Origin: an uncultured Spirochaetales bacterium
GTDB lineage: Bacteria > Spirochaetota > Spirochaetia > JAFGXN01
Assembly (NCBI GenBank): GCA_949289575.1
Contig: CASEOG010000002.1
Location: 92,590-156,589 of the forward strand
Reading direction: 5' to 3'
Length of the DNA stretch: 64,000 nucleotides
Within the stretch, counting starts at the first letter, position 1. Each line of letters begins with the position of its first letter. The notes beneath the pieces were generated by a model, which was given only the letters and a program-made list of their open reading frames with translations, did no database searches and was not told where the DNA came from. The translations under genes were made by a program, and so were the position numbers. Of the stretch, positions 17,965 to 27,081 are shown piece by piece.

Positions 17965-20025
17965 GTGAGAAAAGCTGTTATTTTATTTTTAATTATCTCC
18001 GGTCTCTTTATGGCGTGCGGTGAATTTACGGTTATCGAGGAAACGACGGCACGGAATGCCGGTTTCGTCACCCTTTCCGCTTTTGAAGAGGGGCGCATCC
18101 TGAAACCGGGAGAAAAAATAAAATACGGATTTTCGTTTACGGATGAGGCTGCGAATATTGTTTCGTACCGGATTTCGGTTGTCGATTTGACGGCGGATGA
18201 AACGGTCTTTTCGGGCGAACCGATCCGGCTGCGGGATGCGGCGGAAGAAACCGGAGCCGATACGGAAACATCTTCCGACGGAGACGGAAATCTTTCCGGT
18301 GTGCCGGCTGAGGATCTTTCTTCGGCGGAATCTTTGCCGAACGGAACGGCCGGAGAAGATTACAACGGTGTTGTTCCGGTTCCGGAGACATTGACGGACG
18401 GTTATTACGCTTTTTTCTTTTCTTTTTCGGATTCGCAGGGGAAGGAGGCCGGTTCCGTCAGCGCATCTTTCTTTGTCTCGTCGGCACAGCTGAAAGTTAA
18501 TTCGCTGGGTTCGTACCCCGCGGTGATTTATCCCGGCGGCGAGAGCCTTCTGTACACGGATATAACGGCTCCCGAAGGCTTCGATTCGGATGTGGTGTGG
18601 ACCTGCAACGGCGTCGAGATTTACCGGACCCGTCTGAAAAATATGGCACCTGCGGTCAAATGGCGTGCGCCTGCGGATAAGACGGCAGTCGAAATGACGG
18701 TCGGGGTTTATCCGTGCGATCCTCCCGCGGGACAGACTTTTTCGTTTCCGCCTCCCGTATCGCTTTCTTCGACAATTTTTATATCGGTCAGCCAGCCGGT
18801 TGAAAGCGGTGATTTCCGTCCCGATTCCGAATACGATCTGCTGTTCCATTTCCGCGGAGAGATGAATGATTACTCTCCGTATGCGAAGGGTCGGAAAATT
18901 TCGGTTAAGGGGAATCCTCAGCTGGCTTTCGATTCGAATGTATTCGGATATTCGTTCGGCGACGGTGCCGCTGTTGAGGTAGCTGTCGATGACGAATCGG
19001 TTTTGGGTTACGAAGGGTCGGCTTTTGTTCCGGCGACGGTTGATTTCCGTCTGAATCTGAAATCGCAGGCGTCCGGCAGAATCTTTTCGGTCAGGGATTC
19101 GGCGGACAAAACCGTTTTTTCGCTCTCGAAGAACGCCGGCAGACTGCAGCTGACAGCGGAACTTTCATCCGTTCCTCTGACACAGTCTTTGAATCTTACC
19201 GACTATGTGCTGACCGATTTAACCAGATTGAGTTTTTCCGTTTTTCAGGATACGGTCGGAAAACAGTTTTCTTTCGTCTGGGGACTTGACGGATATTCCG
19301 TATCACGCACGGTCTTCGGTTACGATGCGTTGCGGCGTACTGCGGGAAAAACGTTAACGATCGGCGGCGATAACGGTTATACGGGCGTGATAGACGAACT
19401 CGGTATTTTCCGGATAGGTGACAGGGTTTCCGATTCTCTCTTTGCGGAAGCGGTCCGGAAAAGATTCGGCGGTGACTGTCTGCTGGCGGACGACTTTGTC
19501 GGAGTCTCCTGTATTTCTTCTTACAGAAAATTCCCGTCGGTTCAGCCTTCCGGTATTATAACCGTTGCCGGTGATGATGTTCTCGAAACGGTTGCGTTCG
19601 AAGTTCCGAACGACAGCTTCTCGGTTCAGATTGTCGTGGCGGAGGACCGCTTCTCCGGCGGGTCCGTCGATATGAAGGCGGTGACACTGGATGACAGTCG
19701 GGAGTGGGCTGCGGAAGCGCTGTTTGCCTCTCTTGATCTGAAAAACAGCCGGTTTACTTCGGAGGCCGGGGAATATGAGTATTCGGCAAACGGTTCGATT
19801 TTCGGATTGTACCGTTTGGATTTTCGTAAGACACCCGCAGGCTGGGTTTGTGAATTCGGCGGGAAGGAATTCCCTGTCAATATCCCGAACGGTGCCGCTG
19901 TAGCTGTCTCGGCTTTTGCCGCAACGGGTGAATCGTTTTCTATCGACAGTCTTGTCCTGTTGGGCTCGCTTTCGGGACAGGCAGATCTTTATAAAACACC
20001 TGTTTCACTGAGCTGGCAGCCGTAA
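17965..20025 (+). CDS. Large hypothetical lipoprotein (686 aa)
   Basis: Lipobox LFMAC at the N-terminus. No recognisable catalytic motifs. Ser/Thr/Gly/Asp-rich. Confidence 0.55.
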   Translation: MRKAVILFLIISGLFMACGEFTVIEETTARNAGFVTLSAFEEGRILKPGEKIKYGFSFTDEAANIVSYRISVVDLTADETVFSGEPIRLRDAAEETGADTETSSDGDGNLSGVPAEDLSSAESLPNGTAGEDYNGVVPVPETLTDGYYAFFFSFSDSQGKEAGSVSASFFVSSAQLKVNSLGSYPAVIYPGGESLLYTDITAPEGFDSDVVWTCNGVEIYRTRLKNMAPAVKWRAPADKTAVEMTVGVYPCDPPAGQTFSFPPPVSLSSTIFISVSQPVESGDFRPDSEYDLLFHFRGEMNDYSPYAKGRKISVKGNPQLAFDSNVFGYSFGDGAAVEVAVDDESVLGYEGSAFVPATVDFRLNLKSQASGRIFSVRDSADKTVFSLSKNAGRLQLTAELSSVPLTQSLNLTDYVLTDLTRLSFSVFQDTVGKQFSFVWGLDGYSVSRTVFGYDALRRTAGKTLTIGGDNGYTGVIDELGIFRIGDRVSDSLFAEAVRKRFGGDCLLADDFVGVSCISSYRKFPSVQPSGIITVAGDDVLETVAFEVPNDSFSVQIVVAEDRFSGGSVDMKAVTLDDSREWAAEALFASLDLKNSRFTSEAGEYEYSANGSIFGLYRLDFRKTPAGWVCEFGGKEFPVNIPNGAAVAVSAFAATGESFSIDSLVLLGSLSGQADLYKTPVSLSWQP

Positions 20026-20039
20026 TCGGAGGGAAATTC

Positions 20040-21560
20040 GTGCCGGGTTTCCTTCGGAAGGGGTCGCCTGTTCTTCTGTTCTGTACTCTTTTCTTTTTTT
20101 TCGCTTCCGTTCACGCTTTTTCGCAGACTCTTTATTTTGTATACAGCGATCCGGCAGAAACGGAAGAAGGAAGCACTCTTTCTTACGATAAGAGGAAGGA
20201 GGAAATCAGAGAACTGATTCTTCTCGATTTACCGTTTCTTTTGGGAACGAACCGGTTTCGGGAAGTTTCCGCAGATGCCCCGAAAAGGGAAGCTCTCGAG
20301 AAAGCGATGCTTTCCCGTGTAAAGAGAGCCGACAGCGACGGAGATAACGGAACCGGTACGGAAAACGACGGTCGCGGAGAAACCGGTACCGGAACGGCTG
20401 AAGCAGCCGAATTGCCGTCAGAAGCGGAAGGAGAGAACACCGAAGAACTTTCCGACGGGGGCAGCCTGACGGAACCCGATCGGAATACAACACCGTGTGA
20501 TCCTCTTTTTGCTCTTATCGGTATCGGGGATGCTTCCGCGAAAGATGCTTTTGTTTATATACGCATCAAAAAGGCGGAAATCGGAACGCTGCCCGACGAA
20601 AGATATTTCGGTGAAACGGTATTTGATTTCTTTATGGCCTTCGATAACAGAACGGAGATTTTCCACTCGGAAATTCATGCTGTCGGATTGGCGGCCGCGG
20701 AAGAAGAGGCGATGCGGGAAATTGCTCTCTCGCTGCGGATTTCGCTTAAATCGGTACTGAATGCGCTTTTCGGTAAGGCCGGTTCACCCTATATCGTCAA
20801 TTTTATCAATAATAAAAAGGTTGTTATTGCTCACGGACGGCGTCAGGGAGCTTTTCCCGGAGCTTTTTACCGTATACTGCGGCATGAAATAGGGGAAGAC
20901 GGGGAAGTCGGTGAGCGGATTATCGGTCGGCTTTACGTGGAAAAATGTGAGGAAGACTACAGCTTCTGCCGGATTCTTTATGCCCGCGAACAGCCGGTGC
21001 CGGGAGACGGAATTTCCAAAATTCCCGGATCGGGGGTTCATCAGTCACTCGGATACGATTTGCTGATTTCTTCGCTCCCGGTTACAGAAACAGAGTCCGA
21101 TATTTATGTCAATCATCTGCTCGGATCCCGCTGGGTGGTTAACAGGGAGATGCCTGTTGCCAAGCCTGCTTTCGGGTTTGAAATCCTGACGGGAACCTCT
21201 GCCCGGCTTGATACCGTCGGCATGATGAAGAGCCCCGTCATCGGGAATATCTTTGCGGGAATGCAGGTTGACCGCTTTTTTCACCGCTTCTCTTTCTCGC
21301 CGTTTGTCGATTTGGGATTTGCGTTTACTTCCAACGCAGCGGAAAACAAAAAACCGCTTATGTGGTTTACCTGTAAGGCCGGAGCCCGGTTTCTTTGGAT
21401 GGTTCACGAGCAGGTCGGGGTTTATCTGGAGGGAGGCTATATCTCCTGGCTGGGGATTCCGGGAAAAGAGGCGGTATACGAAGATTCGCAATACATTTAC
21501 TATGCTCCGAACGATTATACCGGAGGATTCGGCGGTGTCGGCGTAACGGTTATGTACTGA
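20040..21560 (+). CDS. Hypothetical secreted protein, possible outer-membrane beta-barrel C-terminus
   Basis: Signal peptide (LLFCTLFFFFASVHAFSQ), acidic low-complexity segment, C-terminal alternating aromatic/Gly pattern ending …GVGVTVMY. Confidence 0.5.
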   Translation: MPGFLRKGSPVLLFCTLFFFFASVHAFSQTLYFVYSDPAETEEGSTLSYDKRKEEIRELILLDLPFLLGTNRFREVSADAPKREALEKAMLSRVKRADSDGDNGTGTENDGRGETGTGTAEAAELPSEAEGENTEELSDGGSLTEPDRNTTPCDPLFALIGIGDASAKDAFVYIRIKKAEIGTLPDERYFGETVFDFFMAFDNRTEIFHSEIHAVGLAAAEEEAMREIALSLRISLKSVLNALFGKAGSPYIVNFINNKKVVIAHGRRQGAFPGAFYRILRHEIGEDGEVGERIIGRLYVEKCEEDYSFCRILYAREQPVPGDGISKIPGSGVHQSLGYDLLISSLPVTETESDIYVNHLLGSRWVVNREMPVAKPAFGFEILTGTSARLDTVGMMKSPVIGNIFAGMQVDRFFHRFSFSPFVDLGFAFTSNAAENKKPLMWFTCKAGARFLWMVHEQVGVYLEGGYISWLGIPGKEAVYEDSQYIYYAPNDYTGGFGGVGVTVMY

Positions 21561-21567
21561 GAGGCGG

Positions 21568-23271
21568 ATGATGAAAAAGAATCGTATAAAAAGAAAACTG
21601 GCGGATAGCGGAATCATTTTTATCGAGAACGAATTCTCGGCTCTCCTTTTCGGAGAAACGGAAAATTGGGAAGAAAAAATCAACGCCGGTTGTCTGGCGG
21701 CGAAAATAACCGCCAAACCTGTAGCCAATTACATTCTCTGCCGTAACGGGGAGAATCCGGAGGCACCGGTAATTCCTTCCTGTTCGGATGACGAAACGGA
21801 CGGAATCGAATACGATGTGGCCGTGATCGGCGGCGGTGTTGTCGGGGCGGCTGTTCTGCGGGAACTCTCGAAATGGAACCTGAAAGCGGTTCTGTTGGAA
21901 AAAGAGTGCGATTTGGCCTTTCACGCGTCCGGCCGGAACGACGGAATGATTCATCCCGGATTTGCGGCAAAACCGGGTTCCAAAAAGGCGTACTACAATG
22001 TCCGCGGGAATGAGATGTACACGCAGCTGACAAAGGATTTAAAAGTTCCTTTTGTCCGAAAAGGTTCGATGATTCTGCTGGCAAATCCGCTGTACCGGCT
22101 GGCGGTGCCTTATATGTTGCGGCGGGCCCAAAAAAACGGCGTTCCCGGATGCCGTTATTTGTCGAAAAAAGAGCTGTACCGCGAAGAGCCGAATTTGGCC
22201 TGCCGGGCGGCCGGGGCTTTTCTGATGCCGACGTCGGGGCAGCTGTCCCCGCAAAAGCTGGTTTGCGCATTGGCCGAAAACGCGGTGCAAAACGGCGCCG
22301 CCGTGCGGTTGCAGACGGCCGCGGTGGATTTCCGTTTCGAGAAAAACCGGATTACGCAGATTGTCACCAACAGAGGCGTGATAAAAGTGCGTGCCGTAGT
22401 CAATGCGGCAGGCGGTTGGGCGGATTGGGTGGCGGCCCGTGCCGGCGACCCGCTGTTTACGCTGCATTTCCGCAAAGGCGAAGATCTCATCCTCGATAAA
22501 AAAAGTTCCGCTTTCATTCGACGGATTTATGCGATGCCGCGGCTTTCGCAGGTGAAAAGCAAATCGAAAGGAGGCGGACTGGTGCCGACGGTCGAAGGGA
22601 ACACCCTTGTCGGTCCCACTGCGCACGAAGTCTGCTCCCGGGACGATTATTCGACGGCCCGCGGTGATGTTCTCGAATTGGAAAAACATATCCGGTTAAA
22701 CGAAAAACTTTCCGACCGTCAAATCATTACCTATTTTGCCGGGATTCGGGCCTGCAGTTACGACGAAGATTTTATTGTCGAACCGTCGAAACGGGTGGAC
22801 AATCTTTTTCATTTGGCGGCCATCCAGTCTCCGGGACTGGCAAGCGCGCCGGCTTTGGCGGAAGAGGCGGTCGATTGGGTCGTCAAATTGCTCTCCCGGG
22901 AAGAACCGGTTTCTCCCAACCCCTCGTTCAACCCCGTTCGCGAAGACAAACGCTACGACTACGATCTTATGAGCGAAGAAGAAAAAGATGCTTTTCTGAA
23001 AGAAAATCCGCTCTACGGCAAAATTGTCTGCCGGTGCGAGCAGGTTTCGGAGGGAGAGATTCGGGATGTTCTCCGTTCGCCGGTTCCGCCGACAACGCTT
23101 GACGGAATACGCCATCGGGCGCGGGCAATGACGGGACGCTGTCACGGAGGCTTTTGTACACCGAAAATCGTCCGCATCATGATTGACGAACGGAAACTGA
23201 AGAGTGCCGATATCGTCAAAAAGAACCGTTTCTCGCCGCTCTTTTTCGGCGAAACGAAGGAGGAGCAATGA
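21568..23271 (+). CDS. GlpA-like FAD-dependent oxidoreductase with C-terminal BFD-like [2Fe-2S] domain (anaerobic glycerol-3-phosphate dehydrogenase-like)
   Basis: Rossmann dinucleotide fold DVAVIGGGVVGAAV, SGRNDGMIHPG motif, C-terminal CRCEQVSEGEI…GRCHGGFC BFD-type cysteines. Carries an N-terminal extension of about 75 aa. Confidence 0.7.
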   Translation: MMKKNRIKRKLADSGIIFIENEFSALLFGETENWEEKINAGCLAAKITAKPVANYILCRNGENPEAPVIPSCSDDETDGIEYDVAVIGGGVVGAAVLRELSKWNLKAVLLEKECDLAFHASGRNDGMIHPGFAAKPGSKKAYYNVRGNEMYTQLTKDLKVPFVRKGSMILLANPLYRLAVPYMLRRAQKNGVPGCRYLSKKELYREEPNLACRAAGAFLMPTSGQLSPQKLVCALAENAVQNGAAVRLQTAAVDFRFEKNRITQIVTNRGVIKVRAVVNAAGGWADWVAARAGDPLFTLHFRKGEDLILDKKSSAFIRRIYAMPRLSQVKSKSKGGGLVPTVEGNTLVGPTAHEVCSRDDYSTARGDVLELEKHIRLNEKLSDRQIITYFAGIRACSYDEDFIVEPSKRVDNLFHLAAIQSPGLASAPALAEEAVDWVVKLLSREEPVSPNPSFNPVREDKRYDYDLMSEEEKDAFLKENPLYGKIVCRCEQVSEGEIRDVLRSPVPPTTLDGIRHRARAMTGRCHGGFCTPKIVRIMIDERKLKSADIVKKNRFSPLFFGETKEEQ

Positions 23272-24929
23272 GATACGGCGAATGCGATGTGGCGGTGATC
23301 GGCGGAGGACCGGCCGGACTGGCGGCCGCAACGGCTGCGGCAACGGAAGGGGCATCGGTTTGTCTCTTCGAGCGCGAGGAAAAGACCGGCGGAATTCTGA
23401 AACAGTGTATTCATGACGGATTCGGTCTGATTCGGTACGGGGAAAAACTCTCCGGTCCCGAATATGCGTATCGGGAATGGTTGCGCTTTCGGGAAAGCGG
23501 GGCGGAGCTGCGGCTCGAAACATTCATGACGGCAGTCGAAAAAGAAGGGAACGGCTTTCTGCTGACATTGACCGACTCGCAGGGGATTTTGAAATATCGG
23601 GCAAAGACACTTGTGGTTGCCTGCGGCTGCCGCGAACGGACCGACCGCCAGGTCGGCATCCACGGCTTTCGGCCGGCCGGAATTTTTACGGCGGGTCAGG
23701 CGCAGGCTTATATCAACCTGGACGGGCGCATGCCGGCGCGCCGTTGTCTCATTTTGGGCAGCGGCGATATCGGGTTGATTATGGCGCGGCGGTTGACGCT
23801 GGAAGGAGCGGAAGTGGTCGGCGTGTACGAAATCAAGCACGAACCGGCGGGACTCAGTCGGAATATCGCCCAGTGTCTGACCGATTTTTCGATTCCGCTT
23901 CATTTGGGATGTACGGTGACGGAAGTGGCCGGTCGGGATCGGGTTGAAGGAGTTTATACGGTCAGGGTCGACAAAAATCTGGTTCCGATTGAGGGAACGG
24001 AAGAATTTGTTCCGTGCGACACGCTGATTCTCTCGGTCGGACTGATTCCGGAAAACGATGCTTTTGAGGCTCTCGGTTGGGAAATCGATCCGGTGACGTC
24101 GGGACCCCGTGTCGATTCGTGCGGAATGACCTCGGTGCCGGGTGTTTTTTCCTGCGGCAATTCGCTTCATGTCAACGATCTGGTCGATTATGTTTCCGAA
24201 AGCGGCGAAACGGCCGGAAAGGCGGCCGCCGCCCGGTGCCGCGCATCGGAGAGCCTTCCGGGACGGCCGATTCCCGTTCGGGCCGGATCCGGAGTCGGAG
24301 CGCTGGTTCCGCAGTCGGCGGCGGCCGAAGGGAGCGCCAACCCGGTCGACTTCTTTTTCCGCAGCCGGCAAACGCTTGCATCCTGCCGTTTATCGGTAAC
24401 GGCCGACGGAAAAGAGATTTTCAGCCGCCGCTACGAAACGGTGCGGCCGCCCGAAATGGAAAAGGTGACGCTCGATTTGTCGCTGCTGCCGCCCGGAACC
24501 GGGGGGCTGCTCTTTTCGCTTTTGCCCGATGAGTGCGGCAGTGTCGAATCCGAAACCGCCGGGTACGAAATCATTGACGAGACGGTCTGTATCGAATGTC
24601 CGCGCGGCTGCCGTTTGCGAATCGGGCGGCGGCCGGACGGATCAATCGCCGTTTTCGGCAACAGCTGCCCGAAAGGGAAACTGTACGGGGAGCGGGAAAC
24701 GGAGAATCCGCACCGCGTTTTGACAACCACCGTGAAAACCGTTTTCGGCGACTGTCCGCGGTTGGCGGTTCGCACCGACGGCCCCATTCCGCGGTCGGCG
24801 TTAAAAGATGCGCAGCGGCTGACGGACGCGGTGACGGTTCGGGAAGCGGTTCTTCCCGGGACGGTTTTGATACAGAATTTCGGCGGATGGGGCGTCAATC
24901 TGATTGCCGCATCCGAATGTCATCCGTAA
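23268..24929 (+). CDS. NAD(P)/FAD-dependent (pyridine nucleotide-disulfide type) oxidoreductase fused to a C-terminal DUF1667-like Cys-rich domain
   Basis: Two Rossmann motifs (VAVIGGGPAGLAAA and LILGSGDIGL). C-terminal CIECPRGCRLRI…GNSCPKG resembles DUF1667. ATGA overlap with the upstream gene. Confidence 0.65.
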   Translation: MRYGECDVAVIGGGPAGLAAATAAATEGASVCLFEREEKTGGILKQCIHDGFGLIRYGEKLSGPEYAYREWLRFRESGAELRLETFMTAVEKEGNGFLLTLTDSQGILKYRAKTLVVACGCRERTDRQVGIHGFRPAGIFTAGQAQAYINLDGRMPARRCLILGSGDIGLIMARRLTLEGAEVVGVYEIKHEPAGLSRNIAQCLTDFSIPLHLGCTVTEVAGRDRVEGVYTVRVDKNLVPIEGTEEFVPCDTLILSVGLIPENDAFEALGWEIDPVTSGPRVDSCGMTSVPGVFSCGNSLHVNDLVDYVSESGETAGKAAAARCRASESLPGRPIPVRAGSGVGALVPQSAAAEGSANPVDFFFRSRQTLASCRLSVTADGKEIFSRRYETVRPPEMEKVTLDLSLLPPGTGGLLFSLLPDECGSVESETAGYEIIDETVCIECPRGCRLRIGRRPDGSIAVFGNSCPKGKLYGERETENPHRVLTTTVKTVFGDCPRLAVRTDGPIPRSALKDAQRLTDAVTVREAVLPGTVLIQNFGGWGVNLIAASECHP

Positions 24930-24939
24930 GGAGGTTAAG

Positions 24940-26682
24940 ATGAGTCGCAAAGAAGAGTTCATGCCGCCGTGGTCCGATGAGGCCCCCGAAGCCGGCAGTT
25001 ACCGTTCCGTTTTTAAGTGGGGCGATCCGTCCGGATTCAAACATCCCAACCGGAAACTTTACCGCTACATGAAAGAACAGTTTCGGCTGACCGATGACGA
25101 TTTCCGCGTGCGCGTCAGGGAAGGACGGGAGAAAGTCTCTCTTGCCGGGATGCCCTCCCGGCTCGAGACGAAACACCGTACCGCTTTGGCGGCGATTGTC
25201 GGCGACGAAAATGCGGCCGATGACGATTACAGTCGGGTTTTTTACTCGGTGGGAAAAACGCAGGAAGAGGCGTTTGAATTGAGAGAAGGCGTCGTGAAGC
25301 ATGCGGCCGATCTGATTCTGCATCCGCGCAATACGGATGATGTGGTTGCTGTCGTCCGCTACTGCGACGACCACCGGATTCCTCTTTATGTTTACGGAGG
25401 CGGCTCTTCCGTCAACTTCGGATTTCGGCCGATGGCGGGCGGAGTCATGGTCGTGATGAATACCCACATGAACCGGCTGCTGGAAGTGAACGAACTGAAC
25501 AAAACGGCGACCGTCGAAGCCGGGATGCTCGGCCCCGCCTACGAATCGGCTTTGAACCGGGCAAAAGAGCTTTTCGGAACAAAACGAAACTATACAAACG
25601 GTCACTTTCCCCAGTCGTTCGAATACTCGAGTGTCGGCGGCTGGGTGGCAACACTCGGGTCGGGGCAGGAATCTTCTTATTACGGTGATGCTTACGATTT
25701 GGTGATGGGCGTGGAGATGGTGACGCCGCGCGGAGTGATCAATACGCATGTTTATCCGGCAACCGCAACGGGGCCGAAAATCCTCGATATGATTAAAGGC
25801 AGCGAAGGAACGTACGGTATCATCACACGGCTGACAATGAAGATTTTTTATCTGAGTGACGAAACGAAATACGGCGGTGCCTACGTCTTTAAAGACTGGG
25901 AGACGGCGGTGACGGTCTGTCGGGAAATTTCCCAAGGGGAATTCGGTTTTCCGGGAGTTTTGCGAATCTCCGATGAAGAAGAGACCGATATGGGGCTGCG
26001 GCTTTACGGTGTTGCGGGAACGCCGCTCGATACAATTATGAAACTGTTCGGTTTCAGAGAAATGAAGCGGTGTCTGATGCTTTTCCGCACCTGCGGTGAA
26101 AAACATTTTTCAAAAAATGTTTACAGGCAGGTTAAAAAAATCTGCCGCCGTCACGGCGGACTGCCGCTGACATCGTATCCGGTTAAAAAATGGGATCACG
26201 GCCGTTACCTCGATCCTTATTTGAGAGAGGACTTAAACGATTTCGGAATGGTGCTCGATACAACCGAGTGCGGTGTTACATGGGAGAATCTTCACCGGGT
26301 TCATGCCGAAGTGCGCCGTTTTGTCAAAAGCCGTCCTCTGACCGGTTGTCTGACGCATGCGTCTCACTTCTATCCCGAAGGGACCAATCTTTATTTTATT
26401 TTTTTCTGCAAAGTCAAAGATATGGAAGATTATATTTCCCTTCAAAACGGAATTTTCGAAGCCATTCAGAGAGCGGGCGGATCGCTTTCCCATCATCACG
26501 GTGTCGGCAGAATGATTGCTCCGTGGATGGAAGAGCATCTCGGCAAAAACGAAACCGATGTGCTGAAACTGCTGAAAAATCATTTCGATCCCAACGGAAT
26601 TTTCAATCCGGGGGGACAGATGGGGCTGGATTACCGTCCGGGTGATTTGAACGGGCGTGACTGGCGGGGAATCCGACGCTGA
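24940..26682 (+). CDS. FAD-linked oxidase resembling alkyldihydroxyacetonephosphate synthase (AGPS)
   Basis: AGGAGG RBS then ATG at 24940. N-terminal extension with FKWGDPSGF and LAGMPS blocks, FAD-binding PCMH domain (PLYVYGGGSSVNFG) and HHHGVG near the C-terminus as in the eukaryotic AGPS HHH loop. Judged by eye against remembered AGPS sequence. Confidence 0.6.
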   Translation: MSRKEEFMPPWSDEAPEAGSYRSVFKWGDPSGFKHPNRKLYRYMKEQFRLTDDDFRVRVREGREKVSLAGMPSRLETKHRTALAAIVGDENAADDDYSRVFYSVGKTQEEAFELREGVVKHAADLILHPRNTDDVVAVVRYCDDHRIPLYVYGGGSSVNFGFRPMAGGVMVVMNTHMNRLLEVNELNKTATVEAGMLGPAYESALNRAKELFGTKRNYTNGHFPQSFEYSSVGGWVATLGSGQESSYYGDAYDLVMGVEMVTPRGVINTHVYPATATGPKILDMIKGSEGTYGIITRLTMKIFYLSDETKYGGAYVFKDWETAVTVCREISQGEFGFPGVLRISDEEETDMGLRLYGVAGTPLDTIMKLFGFREMKRCLMLFRTCGEKHFSKNVYRQVKKICRRHGGLPLTSYPVKKWDHGRYLDPYLREDLNDFGMVLDTTECGVTWENLHRVHAEVRRFVKSRPLTGCLTHASHFYPEGTNLYFIFFCKVKDMEDYISLQNGIFEAIQRAGGSLSHHHGVGRMIAPWMEEHLGKNETDVLKLLKNHFDPNGIFNPGGQMGLDYRPGDLNGRDWRGIRR

Positions 26683-26692
26683 GTTTCTCTGC

Positions 26693-26721
26693 TTGACAAA
26701 ACAATGATTAATTTGTATAAT
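26693..26721 (+). promoter_or_regulatory. Perfect consensus sigma70 promoter (TTGACA-17 nt-TATAAT)
   Basis: TTGACA at 26693-26698 and TATAAT at 26716-26721 with exactly 17-nt spacing, followed by an AAAGGAG RBS (26731-26737). Confidence 0.6.
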
Positions 26722-26743
26722 CGGAAAAATAAAGGAGATAAGT

Positions 26744-26938
26744 ATGTCTAAAGCCAATCGTGGAAAAGGAACTTTTGAAAGATATAACCGCGGAAAAGGA
26801 GTTTGTCCGGTTTGTGCCCGTACAAATATTAAGGCAACTTACGAAGTGGAAGTCGGCGAAAAGAAAGTGACCGTTTGCAAGCAGTGCAAAGCGGGGCTGG
26901 CTCACGGCAAGCTTCAGGATAAAGTTGCGGCTCTGTAA
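26744..26938 (+). CDS. Small (64 aa) basic zinc-ribbon protein, function unknown
   Basis: CPVC…(21 aa)…CKQC four-cysteine zinc-ribbon arrangement. Flanked by a consensus promoter, strong RBS and intrinsic terminator. Confidence 0.6.
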   Translation: MSKANRGKGTFERYNRGKGVCPVCARTNIKATYEVEVGEKKVTVCKQCKAGLAHGKLQDKVAAL

Positions 26939-26958
26939 CGGGTTGCCCGTACACAGAA

Positions 26959-26988
26959 ACCCCGGTCCGACGGCCGGGGTTTTTATTT
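26959..26988 (+). terminator. Rho-independent terminator (CCCCGG…CCGGGG stem plus T-tract)
   Basis: aaCCCCGGtccgacggCCGGGGtttttatttt directly after the small gene stop. Confidence 0.7.
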
Positions 26989-27081
26989 TCCGTCCGGTTA
27001 CAAATTTAATTTTAAATTAAATTCTTTACACCCCCCGAATTCCGTTGTAATATAAACACAATCATAATAACAGGAGAAGTT

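Noticed and set aside
22039-22689. 216-aa minus-strand ORF inside the GlpA-like gene
   Set aside because: Antisense to a gene with clear FAD-binding motifs. Arg-rich artefact.
23142-24371. 409-aa minus-strand ORF across the oxidoreductase-DUF1667 gene
   Set aside because: Antisense to Rossmann-motif-containing coding sequence, Arg/Pro-rich, no RBS.
24895-26106. 403-aa minus-strand ORF antisense to the AGPS-like gene
   Set aside because: The sense strand has strong FAD-oxidase motifs. The antisense translation is low-complexity and His/Arg-rich.
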